Part shown: in pieces, positions 11,601-24,900 of the stretch | Position numbering within the stretch: the first letter of the stretch is position 1 | Layout: every line of letters begins with the position of its first letter | Assembly: GCA_964252035.1 (NCBI GenBank) | Contig: OZ176200.1 | From: Podarcis erhardii | Taxonomy: Eukaryota | Strand: one strand, 5' to 3' | DNA: 64,000 bases | Position numbers and translations under genes: made by a program | Notes under the pieces: model-generated | Databases searched by the model: none | Seen by the model: the letters and a program-made list of their open reading frames with translations, nothing else | Told to the model about the DNA's origin: nothing

Positions 11601-14600
11601 GGTGAGAACCTTCACTATCTGGTTGATTCTAGCATTTGTGAGCAAGAAGAGGCTGAAATATGCCAGTTGCATATTACACAGCAGAAATCCTAACTATCAT
11701 ATTTCACTTCCTAATTACCTTCTTCTGCATCAAAGGCATACGTTGCTAGGCGGAGAGTTGTAGCACATATGGCACATCTGAAGCATTCTCGGTGGAAAAA
11801 GCGGCCTTCTGCACTCAGGCGCTCCATGACATACACCCTTTTTTGACAGAAACAGCAAATGTCGCTCCCACCTACTGACTGCGGAAATACTTTCTTCAAA
11901 GAACCCTGCAAATAATATTAACAAGCGTTTGTAAGATTTGTACGGTACAGCATACATGTAACAGCTTGATTAAATACCCTACTAGATTATAAAAAGAGAG
12001 CAGAGGAGATACACCTGCAGCAGCCTAAAGTCAGTTGGATAACAGGTCTTTTGTGGATATATATGGCTCATCAAGGCATGGTAAGTTTAGTTTTTATTAC
12101 ATCCTTATTGCAAAAACAAGAGGGGTAGAAAGCACCTAGCAGGTCTCAATACACGGTTGGTTGGTCTTTGCTTCACTTGACAGCCAACAAGTTGTGCATG
12201 CCTCCCTCAACATTGCAAGGAAAACTCCAAACGCCGTGTGGAACACCTAAAGGAAATAGTGCTAACATGGCAGACACATTCCAGGGTCCATGGAGAATGC
12301 TTTTGGGGTGCTGCACTACATAGAGCATGGGAAAGCCAATCTAATGTATTCGTTCCTAATCTTTGAAACTTCTTTGTAAGTATGGGCGTGACTCACAGGA
12401 ATTTTCTAATGACTTCAACACAGAATGGGTGTATTCCAACAGCAAAACCTCCACTGATCTTAGCGGGGCTGGACTGCAGCCAATGTGAGGAGCTGATCTT
12501 ATAGAAGGGATAGGGAACATGTACCCAGATACAGCTGAACTTCAACATCTATCACCTCTGACTATTGGCCTTGCTTGCTGAGTTCATCAACATTGGGAGG
12601 GTCACAAGTTCTCCATCCCTGTCTTACACTGGTCTTCACAATTTTATTATAACCCATGCTAAATGTGAACATTGTTATCCACACCCAACTACACACTTCG
12701 GTTCTCTGTAAATGTACGCATAACATTTGGTTCCACCCATTCATGTATATTTAAGTGAATAAACACATTCATGTTTTAGAATGCTCAATGGCTTCCGTCT
12801 CCTAATAAAACAGCACCTGTGATCTATTACAGGAACACTTAAGAAAACAGAAAGACGGGGGAAAGGGAGAAAAGAAAAAGCACACCAAAATATGGACAGA
12901 TGGAAGTCACTGAATTTCCAAGTAGCTCTATGTCCTATGATTAAGCAGTGAAAATAATGTTGAAAATTGCCTTTTTATAAATATTAAGGTTTACTGCAGA
13001 AATTACTTGTTTTGGGACACTGTTTATCTCTATCTGAATTTTGTTTGATGTGTATATTGAAGCAAGTTAAAGACCAGCAACATACAAGAGAAATCTTAAA
13101 AATAAATAAACTCAGAATCCATCTGATTGATAGCTTAAAAAGTCTTCAAAAACAAAAAGACTATGGACCGAATACATTTCAAGGCCAACACACACAGGAA
13201 ATCCTACTTGTGCAGTTGACCTCTGTTTGCACAAATGAGGGGTTCCCCTTTCTCTCCTCCCCTTGCACCCCCGTGCCTCCTAAATCTGCTACAGAAGGTT
13301 GGGAACCATCCAGAACCAATGTGGGTGCAAGGATGTGGGGAGAAGAGGAAGGCGGAACCCCAGTACAACACGGGATCTCACCCACCCCCCACAATAGCTT
13401 TTCTTGCTATTCTGAGGACACACCACGTGCACCAGTACTTTTCTGTGGTACCTGACAGGTTTGAGCAGTAGAAGACAAAGCTTGAGAGGTAGGAGAAGAA
13501 GGGAAAGCAGCAGCTGCACCTCCATCCAAAGATTCGCTCTGAATGCAACAAAACGCTCTAATAAGTCTGATTCAACAATTTAAGAAGGAAAAAAATGCAT
13601 AAGCTTCAACAGCAGCATTTATGAATACTAGCTAGCATCTAGTGAGTGAGTCCCTGGATGTGTGCACATGGACTTATAACACAACCAGTGGGACTGGTTC
13701 TTTTTTGTTCTGAGCAGCAGTCTCCCTCCCCAGACATGGAAAACTGATGTTTAAACACACACCCATGCCCAGGCACCTTCGGGTCCCAGACTTTGCTTGA
13801 AAAGCCACTCCAGATTAATCGTGGCCCCTTATAAACTGCATAGCTATTATTACACTTAACCAAAGCCTATGCTGTGCTTTAGCTACAAGTAATAAATGCA
13901 TGAACAGGTGTATCTTCACCGTAACACATCCTCAGTGTGACAAAGTGTGGGTGTACACACCCACCCACTCCTGAAAAGGTATAAGGACATGCCCAGAAAT
14001 GTGGCTCTTAAAATGCACTGCAGGTAAAGTAAGAAATAAACTTGGCACAAATTCAAGTATTTGTGGGTTTAAACCTTACCGGTTGCAAAGCGTTGGACAA
14101 TGGACTGGGCCTGTGATCATTCATGTACAGATTGACAAGAACTTCCGCCACGGCCCCTATGCCACGTGAAACTTTCCCTACAGTCATCTACCATCCAGCA
14201 AAGAAGCGGAGGAAAAAGGGGGAGAGAAAAGATGGGAGGCACAGAATGAACGTGAGAATACAGTTTAAGGGGGGGGGGAGAAACAAGACGACAGGCAAGA
14301 CACATAACAAAGCAGTGATAAGCTAGCTTGAAGTTTTGAAAGGCACACAGGCAGCTAAAAGAGCTGTGAGCAATTTCATGCACTATAAAGCACAATTCTC
14401 CCCACTTCTGCCACACCGCCTATGCTTTTCGTTTAGCAGTGCAAAAATTCTGTTCTAAAATTGTTAGCATACGATAATGTCCTCAATTAATTCTCCACAA
14501 ATACTTATGGAAATCAATCAAAGCTTGTAGAAACAGATCCAGGCTTGTATGAATGAGCAGGGATGGAGCAGGGAACACCAAAATCTTGTTTGATTACTTT

Positions 14601-17600
14601 CTCCTCCACAGATGATCATTTTCATTTGTAATAATTACGGCGCAAAACATACTATGTTGTTGACAGAAATAAATACAAACAAAAGAAGGGTTTTTTTGAG
14701 AACAGACAATAGTATGCCAATTACTGTTGTGTTTGCATTTTTACTGCACTCTTGTTAATTTCTCTTGTGAATAAGATATAAGTAATGTTTCTAATTGCAC
14801 CTGACTTCTGAATGCCACATGCCCATGTACAAAATGGGATTTTCTCGGATTTCGGCAGCACCAAACCAATGTTGTAATTATGCTGGAGGTATCTGTAGAC
14901 TACCTCAGACTTGCCTTATTCTTTCTATAAACAAAATGAAGCAAACTTTTCTTTCTTTCACACTGACATCCTTGTCAGAACCAGGGCCATGATATGAAAA
15001 TCATGGCTAGGACCTTGTTAGCTTGTTCAATCATCTGACCTAAAACTCCATAGATATAAAATTTTATTTAGGTGTAAGGCCAAGTACAGATGAATTCCTT
15101 CGCAGTGATTTGCAGACCACAGCTTATGAATCCAATCCATAGCACAAACATTTGAATGGATATTATTACTTTTGTGTAAGCTGCGGCAAGAGCCCATATT
15201 TGGACTGACTAAACCAGGATACATGTGTATGAAGTAATATTACATAATTATGTGTTTCACACAAATGCATGTGTGTGCACGCATACACACATTTCTTGCC
15301 GCAGATAGCAAGACCAGTACTGCCATTGGTGCATGTAAATACCAGCCAATTTGCTTGATATTGTTGTTTTGACACAATTATTTTCTGCATGCCTTATTTT
15401 ACCTTCTGCACATTAAACTAAGTCATAAAAACAATAATGGAGTCATAATGTCCATCTCCGATTGAAGTTAGTGTTCTCAAAAATGCCTTATACATTTTTA
15501 AATTTGCTAGATGTTTCCATACTTTAAAAAAAGAAGCTTTTAAAGTATTATCCTGAATGACATCTGCAAGGAAAGTCATATAAGGCAAGATCTTTCTGAA
15601 TATGCTTAAGGAAGTATTTAAAAGACATGCACGATTAAACAAGGATGGGCAACACAAGTCGATTTCTACCCTTTGATGTCAATTAGCTGCCCCACCCATG
15701 AAATGTCATCAATCATGATGGCAGCTGGTAGAGCAACATGACCTCATTTGCTGCCTGTGAAAACTAAAACTATGTGTGGAAGCAGTCTTTACAAAGGCTA
15801 GATAAACCTGAACGGATAAGCCAAGAGAAATAAATGGCAAGAAACAAATCGGCAAACTGGCTTTCCTCAAAAATAATATGCTGACTTTCCTAGTTAACAA
15901 ATACTCTGTATGTATGCATTATTATTATTTTTTAAAAGGAACATGGTGATCCCTGTGGTAGAGGCTGCCAGAGGGAAGAGGAGGCAGGGAAGCCAACTTT
16001 TAGGAGTCTCATTCCTCATGCTTCTCTTTTCTCTGGATTCAACCCAATACAAATTAGAAGAAGAAGAAGAGTTTGGATTTGATATCCCGCCTTTCACTCC
16101 CTTTAAGGAGTCTCAAAGCGGCTAACATTCTCCTTTCCCTTCCTCCCCCACAACAAACACTCTGTGAGGTGAGTGGGGCTGAGAGACTTCACAGAAGTGT
16201 GACTGGCCCAAGGTCACCCAGCAGCTGCATGTGGAGGAGCGGAGACGCGAACCCGGTTCCCCAGATTAGGAGACTACCGCTCTTAACCACTACACCACAC
16301 TGTGTTTCTGGTCTGTTTAAAACAGACAAAGTTCCTGTGAGATTATGTCAAGTGTGAAGATTGGACTGGGCAAGATAAGATGGGAGGAAAGGCAATGGGA
16401 AAAATGAAGCCAAGGAAGCTGGTTGCTACGTTTCCAGGAAACGAGCAAAATAGAAGTAGTAAGCAAACACGAGTAAAGGAAAGGCAATTGGTTATCATGG
16501 AAGGTTTTTCATCCAGCTCTCCAAAATTCTCACATCAGGTACCACCCAAAGGGAAACTTGACTGGCCAAAACAGCATGGAAATACTTTGCTTATTCATAA
16601 AACTGCTAAGAATTAATCTTGTGTAATAAGGTAAAAGGTTTAGGGTTAGATTAAATGGGGTTTGGGGGCATCCCTGTGACTCTGCTAAAGAGGGCAAACA
16701 GGGTGGACAAGCACTGACTGACATATTCTATTTGTTGAGAGAATAAGCCTTTGCATGAGTAAAAAGATGTCCATGTAACAGGTGATGTGTTGCCACAGAC
16801 ACAAAATAGCTAGAGCTCCTTCTGGAAGGGTGAATGTCTGGAGGAGATGTCGTCAAGGTTGCCTGTGTTTAAGAGATAACAGACTGGAAGTTATGGAACA
16901 GTTTCTGAAAGAGGCAGAGGGAGACAGAAACCTGACTTGCTCTCTAGAAGAATCCAAAGCTGTGCGGAGCTGGCTCTGTTGGATGGGCAATTTTGTCACC
17001 TTTCCATCTTATGCTCAGCCAATACAAACGTGTAAATAAAACTTTATGTCACAGAAACACTGTCTTCAGTCACCTTCATTCCAAGGAAACTTAACCCAAG
17101 ACATATGCTGGGAAAACGGACACCTCTCACTGCTGAGAGATTGAAGTTGGGACACCAAGTAGGATTTATAATTATCAGTGGAAGGCCAGATCCTTGTCTT
17201 TCCAGTAAGAGCAACTACAAGCCATTTTAAAAAATGGATTCATAAAATCTAAGTCATCTTGGAGCAGAATTTGAGTTACTTTCAACTCTTGGTGCACAAC
17301 TAATCAAGGTGACAGATGGATTACTTTAAAAGTGACCAATATATCCTTCTGTTCATTTGTGGATGTTTTGGGTTTTAGGACAACATGAACAGCATTTCAA
17401 ACCTAAACTGCATGGGTTCTTTCTGCCTGCCTACTTCTGAATGCAAAACAAAAATGCTGCATTTGACAGACGCAACAGACCAAAAATAAAAATAGTGCCC
17501 CTTCTCAAGAGTGGCAAGACCATACTAATGATTCAGTCTACAAGCCTAAGGATATTTCAGCTTTACTTCAGATAAAGCCTCAGAAAATTCCTAGTTTAAG

Positions 17601-18880
17601 TGAAAGATCTCATAAGCCAGAAGTCTTGGTTTAGCATTAATATGTGGTTTTTACAGGACTGTTCCAAAGGAATCAGCAAATACACAAAAGGATTCGGGTA
17701 CTTTGCCACAATAAACAATTCAAACTAGGGTTTAAAGGCAAGGCTCTGGAACATGTTGGAGACAGCACTTCTGAGCATGTGCAAAGTTTAATTCCTTCAA
17801 ATACCTTGGAGTAAGGAGTAGGCATTCCAAACTAGCTTAGTTCCCACAAACATTTGATAAACCAACTGCTACAGTACCTCACACTCTGCAAAGTACAAAG
17901 CAGCTCCTTTAATTTCTTACTTGGTTCTTGCCTGTTTCATGAAGCAGTATTGGAGGTTTGCTTGGAAAATTAAAATAAAACTGTGTGGGAGTCTTGGTAA
18001 TATCCAGAGCATGTGAACTCAGGAGGCAGGCCTTTGGAAGACATGCCATTAGCCCACCAATAGCAGATCCTGTTTGAATGTAGGGGCTGGGAACAAATAC
18101 TACTTGTCAGCCCTATAGTTCAGGACCTAGCTCCACATTTATAAAATTTCCATTTTAATTTTTTAAAATTTCTAAAAATTAAAAATCATATTGAACAAGA
18201 AAAGCAGCCAGAGTTCTGATATTTTAAAAAAAAGAAAGAAAAAAGAGTGAAACTGGAATTGGCGTAATTCCCTGTTGGTCATGAATTACTGTCACTTATT
18301 TATTTTTGCTACCATGCAAATTAACAAGCTCAGACCTTATTCAAGTGAAATGCAGCATGAACACACAGAGACAGAATCACAGCCTCTGAGCAAAGCTAGG
18401 TCTCATGAGTCAAAGCCAGCCTTGCGTAGTTTTTACTGCCAACATGAATCTGACATGGAAACCTGTTAAGGAATACCTTTTTAGAATGAACAGCAGGGGA
18501 AGCGGAGTCAGTGGATGATGGAGAAGAAGCAGCTGAATCATGAGATGAAAGGCAAGAGGGAGATGGGAGTTGAGAATGGGAGAGACCTTTAGTAGGAGGA
18601 AGTTTATTCTGTACAGAGCAGAAAGAGGAAAGTTATCCCAGATGGTTTTCATATTAATGAGTGCTAAAATTATGGCACTGCCACCACCATGCACTAAAAT
18701 TACTGAAGAAAAAACTACAGTCTGAGACTACAGTTAGATTTAAACAGAACTAACAGTGTTAGAATGTGGACTAATGTCTCATTTGCTCCTCAGTTTTCTA
18801 TTTCTGTTTGGTGAAATAAAACAAAAGGGTTATTGGCCATGAACAAGCCTTTTTTTCCTTAAATAGGACAAAAACCAACA

Positions 18881-18949
<69 letters not shown>

Positions 18950-21900
18950 GATCTATTTTTCTGCACCTGCAGCAGTAAACACAAATATTCACCTTTGGGA
19001 TGTCGACATAGCCAAACATTGAGGCAAGATGAGAGGCTTTTTCTTTAATGCTCTTTTTATGAAATTCTCTATTTGCTATGGACTGAGCTCTCTTCTGCAG
19101 CCATAAGGGAGAGAAAGGAAACAGAAGAAAGAATTTGGTTACATAGAAAAGGAAGAAATAGCGCTAATCAGAAAAATGGTTAGTTGCAGGGGAGGGTGTG
19201 AACAGGCAGGAAGGACAGAAAACAGAATGCTAACAGTGAGAAGAAAAAAAGGGGACAGACTTCAGTGTTTGAGTGTGAATATAATTATTAAGATTATCAT
19301 GATTTTAATAAATTTGTATACCACCCTTCATCTGACGAACACAGGGAAGTTCACAATATAAAAATACAAAATGAGAACAAAAAATATATAAGAAAACAAA
19401 AACAAACAAACAAACAAACCAATAACCCACCTCCCACAAACACATTAAAAATATCATAGAATGTTAATCATCCAAAGGCTTGGTTATACAGAAACATTTT
19501 TGCCTGGTGACTAAAGATATGGAATGAGGGTGCCAGGCGAGTCTCCCTGGGGAGACCATTTCACAAATGGGAAGCCACCTCAGAAAAGGCCCGTTCTCAT
19601 GTTGCCAGCCTCCAGACTTTTTGTGGAGAAGGCAGATGAAGAAGGGCCTCAGCTGATGATTGCAAGGCCTGAGTCAGTTCATATCGGAAGAGGTGGTCCT
19701 TAAGGCATTGTTGTCCTGAGACATTTAAAGCTTTCTAGGTCAAAACCTGAATTGGGCCTGGAAGCTAACTGGCAGCCAGTGCAGTTGGGCCAGGGTTGAT
19801 AGAATATTCTCAAACTGTCTTGCCCCAGTGAGCAACCAGGTCGCTGAATTCTGCACCAGCTGACGTTTCTGAACCATCTTCAGAAGCAGTGTTTCCCAGC
19901 TTGTTTCCTTGTCCTAAGCTCTGGGATATATACCAGGGAGACAAGTGGGTTTCACGAAGTCAGAGAGGGCACTCAGGGGCAATCTAGTCAACAGCCTGAG
20001 CAATTTAGATGTACCAGAGGTCAGCCAGGGCTTTGAGAGGAATGCCAGTCATATCAGCCAGAAAATCCATCAGCCACCCAGGGTGGCCCATCCTAATAGG
20101 TCCCCCACCTCTATAGGCAAAGGTGATGAAAGCCTAAATCTCAACAGGAAGTGATCTGACATTGACAAGGGACTGATGTCAATATCCCCCACTTTCAGAT
20201 CACCTTCTTCCTACTCAGCTGAAAAAACAAGGTACAGACTGTAGCCTGCCACATGCATTGGGCTGGGGACATGTTGCACATTCCGTCAGGTTGAGAACCA
20301 GGTCAGCTACCAGCTTTGCCCTCCCTCCACCCCAGTTGCTTGGGCAGGCCGCCCACACGTCTGTAATCTGTAAAGTGGTGCAATCACACTTATTCATTTA
20401 TATGTCCATTTTTCCCACCCAGCCCCTTTATTTTAAGACAGGGGAAACTTTTTTGTTGTTTTTTTTGTTGCAAAACTGTTCTGGGGATTATAGGGAGTTG
20501 TCTTGGTGATATTATGAGTCTACTCCCAGTTTTTGTTGTAAGATGCCTTGAGTGCCATCTGACGAAAATGTGGAATATAAAAATAATTCAGTACATAAAA
20601 TGGGCAAATAAATATACTTGCAGCACTTACAAAATTGCCAGTGACTTTCATCAACAGTTTTGGCTGGACACTCGCAAAACTCCCCTTACCCCAGAGCTCA
20701 ACTCTAGAATGAGAAGGGCATGTTTGTTCTGAACACTGTAAGGAGGCTTTCAACCAGGCCTCAGTACCCAGCAAATAAATGTGGTGAGTATGCTTGAAAG
20801 ATTTATATGGTAGGAACCAAAACAACATTTTCACTGCTCATAATTGTCCTGGAGATGATCAGCGGTTCTGCTAAAAGAGAAGGAAGGAAACAGGGAAGGG
20901 AGAGAGTGGGAAAGGGGAAAGAGAGGAAGAAAGAGCCATCACCTGTTTATATTTTTCCTCCACATGCTGAAGGCGTTGAAGCACACCAGACAGGGCAAAT
21001 GCAGCAGGACAGGAAGACGCAAGGGATTCAGAAAGCCTGGACTCCAGCTCTTCCCGTTCTATGTGTCTCAAATGCCTGGCCATTGGATGAGGACCAGGCA
21101 AGGATTGTACAGGCTCTCTGGCAATGTGTTCAGACCTAGCTACCGCCTGAAACTGGGAAATACTTGAAATGAAAAAAGGGATCTTTCTTCCATCAAAGCA
21201 CATTCTGCAATTAAAACTTCCTAAGTAATGCATGTGCCAAAGTCAGAGTGCAGCAATACAAACAGGCATCTCATGCACAGGAATATTCCTTTTATGAAGC
21301 AGTGGTGCATAAAACTCAAGCAGTTATCAGTGGACTGTAGCTTATAAAGTGGACAGAGTAGACTCAAGTCTTAACAGCTTGGAAGTTCAGCGGCCCTTTA
21401 AGTTCTACACATTATTATTATTTTTATTACAGATAATAAGCCAGGAGTCCCTAAGTCCCTGATTAAAACCTCATTTCAGCCATTAACTTAATGGGTGGCC
21501 CTAAGCAGGCCCCTCTCTCTTAGCCACATCAGGGAAATAATACTGGCACTTACATAGAGTTGTTGCAAGGATCACTGAAAAAATGTTATGAAATGCTTTA
21601 AGCATCCCCAGTACTCAATAAATACCAAATATTATTGGAAGCCTCAGTGAAGTCTCATAACAATCTGAATATTATATTTTGATTTTTATCCTGTTATGAG
21701 GTTGTGTCAGAAAACTGCATTGAGTTCAGTAGGTGAACAAGACAGGATAACTCAATATATTATTTCAGAAAAGACAAACCACTGTATAATCAACTAATTT
21801 ATACTGCAACCAACAGGCAACAAACTACCAATTATTTAAATGCAGAAGTCCATCTCCAACTGGAGAGTTACAAGAAAAAGTACTCTTATATGCCACAGGG

Positions 21901-24900
21901 TATTCTGTATTTGGGGAGGGGAATGTGACAGGGAACTAGGGGTTGTCTTCCAGTTATAAGACTTGCAAAAATTTCCAGTACAGAGAATAAAATGATAGTT
22001 GCTAACAGGTCTTCCTATACTAGTATTGCCATAGTGTCTCCTCTGTTCAGTGAATATGCCAGGGAAGAGATAAGAACATAAAACTTTCAGCAACAGTAGC
22101 TCACAGCACAGCTACCCATGCTTAAGTTTATAAGCCTGCCTCTAGAGAGCGTACATGTGCATAGGTGGGAGAGTGGAATGAATCTAAAATTCACAACTGA
22201 TTATCTGCTCAAAATGCCCATGTTGGCCTAGCTGAACTTGTCCTTCTTCCTCAGAAGTGGAGAATTTGGGAATCAAGCTCGCATTCTCTAGCAAGCCATA
22301 TTGGTTTGTGGCATATGCCAAGCCCAGAATGCAATTCAAAAGCAGGAGGCTCAGAGGCAGGTCGAAACGCATGGGAAACTCTTCAGACAGCTGTAACTGC
22401 AAGACTTTCTTTCAGGGGATTTGGGAAATTAGGCTAACTGTGTTTATTTCTAAACATTTCCCAAAGGTGTGCTCTAGATCTTTTATTGGCTTCTGAGTCA
22501 ACGAGCCATACCAAAGACATCCCTTGGAACAAAACCTTTAATTGCCTAAGTATTATAACATACAGCATGCTTCGAAATATGCCACACTAAACTTTGCTTT
22601 GCCCAAGCTTTAGAAACCAACACATGCTATCATTTACAATTAATATTACCCATGTGTTGGGCTCTGCCTTGTTAGGAGCTATGGGGTTTTGCTATTGTAT
22701 TATTTGTTATAGTATTGCTACAACCGGAGCATATTGTCTCCTGCCTTTGTCCAATGGCAAAACTGCCACATGTCTTCTACTTTAAAAAGGCAAGGTAAAC
22801 TGTGATCCAGTGTGAAGTGCAGTGTAGCACAGCAACAGTGGAAACCATATCAACCCATACACCAACATGCTATGGTGGTTGTGTGAACCAGGCCTTTCAT
22901 TAAAGTCTAAAGATGGCAGCAAAGCCCCATGCGATCTCACCTCCTTTCATTCTTCACATTCTCCTATCAAATAGCAGACTTTAAAAGGCAGCTAAGCATC
23001 TCTATGCTCCTGATGTTTCTTACTGATGTTACCCACCATGCTTTGCAGCCTTAATGTTAGAAAGAACAGTCAGTCACTCCCTAGTGAATTCCTACCTGAC
23101 TTTTTGGTGGAGGTGGCAGGTTACAGGTTGGCTCCTTGGGTTTAGCAAAGCGAGGATTTACAGGAGGGTCAGAAGAAAGGTGCAAAGCTGGCTTATCTAC
23201 TAGATCCTTAAATGTAAAAAGCAGAACAGTTCAGGGAGATTAAGGAAGATCTTAGGAAGACTGGGAACAGGATTGAAAGACAGTATGAGGCAGAAGAAAT
23301 GAGAAAACACATTTGAAGGCTAATAAAGGTGCTTTGTTAGGGTTTCTGCAAGACACATTTGGAATTTATTACCATACCGCAGTTTGTACTTTTGACACCC
23401 ACAGATGTAACAGTATGTGAAATGCACCATTTAATGTGACTATTTAAAGAGAAAGCTACAGGCAAACTAGATGTTGCACACATGAGTGCAAATAGGAGAT
23501 GATCTCATTATTTTCAAGTCATCTTTGTGCCACAAATTACTTATGTTATATGTGGTGGGTGGTGGTTACTAAACATGTTCTTTGGCTTGTATGCTCTGTG
23601 GACTTACTAGGAAGGCAGACCTGAAGTGCAAACATTACCTGAACAATAACTAACTAAATAAATAAATAATAACCCCACAAGGTTTGTGTATGTGACTCAC
23701 ATCGATTCTGTATAGCTATCACACCAAAATCTAGCAAGGGTCTAAATAGATTCAGGATCTGATCCACTGAATGATCAGCTTGAGTTGGAGCCAATTCAAA
23801 AGCTCGGATCTGAGCCCTGGGAGACCAATACAAGAGGATTCTTTAAAGTTTGCTAACTGCCTACCATGTGAATTTACTTGGTTGTGTCATTTTTTTTCAT
23901 GTCAATGGCCAAGAAGTGCAATTGTGATACTATAACTCACCATGTGATCAAGATGATCTAAGTGTTAAGCAACTTACAAATGTGTTACAGCTCCTGAATG
24001 CTTTATCCATAAGCACCATCCTCATTCTATGTGGAGGAATAGCCAGCACCATTCCCATTGCTAGAAGCATAAACATTTCCCCTAAGCATAACATCCACAA
24101 GTCCTATGTACAGAGAACAACTCCAGCTCACAATAAGGGAGGCAGCTTTTAAGTTAGCATAACTATTTACCGTACTTTTCCGTGTATAAGACTAGGGTGT
24201 TTTTTTACTTAAAAATAATGTTAAAAGGGGGGGGGGTAATCTTATACATGGGGGCAAGCAACCCCCATTTTCTTAATTTTGAGTCCCCCCAAATAGGGGG
24301 CGTGTTATACAGTGGTACCTCGAGTTATAAACGCCTCAGGTTACAAATGCTTCAGGTTACAAACTCCGCTAACCTGGAAGAGTTACCTCGAGTTGAGAAC
24401 TTTGCTCCTGGATGAGAACGGAAATTGTGTGCCAGCAAGAGGCCCCATTAGCAAAAGCACGCCTCTAGTTAAGAACAGTTTCAGGTTATGAACGAACCTC
24501 CAGAACGAATTAAGTTCGTAACTAGATGTACCACTGTACACAGAAAAATACGGCATGTCCCAGCAAATAGCCTGTACATAGGTGTCTGTCGAATTTTAAA
24601 TGTTTTTCAAGCTAGCTCATTTTGGTGTCGTGTAAAATTTCAGAGTGCCCACTAGGGCTACTAATTTTGTTTAACCATCATCACTCTTTGAAAGTCTTGA
24701 GTCCCAAAGCAGTTTGCTAACCAGTGCACAGGTTGTTCAGTGAAATACATATCAAAGCCATCTAGGTCTGTGGAATCTGGATTGTGGCCTTCACATCACT
24801 GTGGAGGTATACATACCTTTGAAAGCAATACATAAAAAACCTTTAAAAGCCATTTCCACATGTAATTCAGAGGGTCTGCTCTATGTTAGTTGGATACTAC

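Noticed and set aside
13012-13455. 147-aa plus-strand ORF and the other short track ORFs
   Set aside because: No recognisable domains or splice support; consistent with chance ORFs in introns, repeats or antisense to exons.
13639-13720. EQKRTSPTG... segment resembling human EKKSPSG exon
   Set aside because: Wrong side of exon 20, no donor, runs into a stop.
14800-14870. Segment ending CAG|GTGCAA encoding [15 protein letters not shown]
   Set aside because: No phase-0 acceptor upstream in that frame and a weak donor.
22184-22402. Minus-strand 72-aa ORF between exons 16 and 17 as an extra exon
   Set aside because: No convincing donor and no similarity to MICAL proteins.
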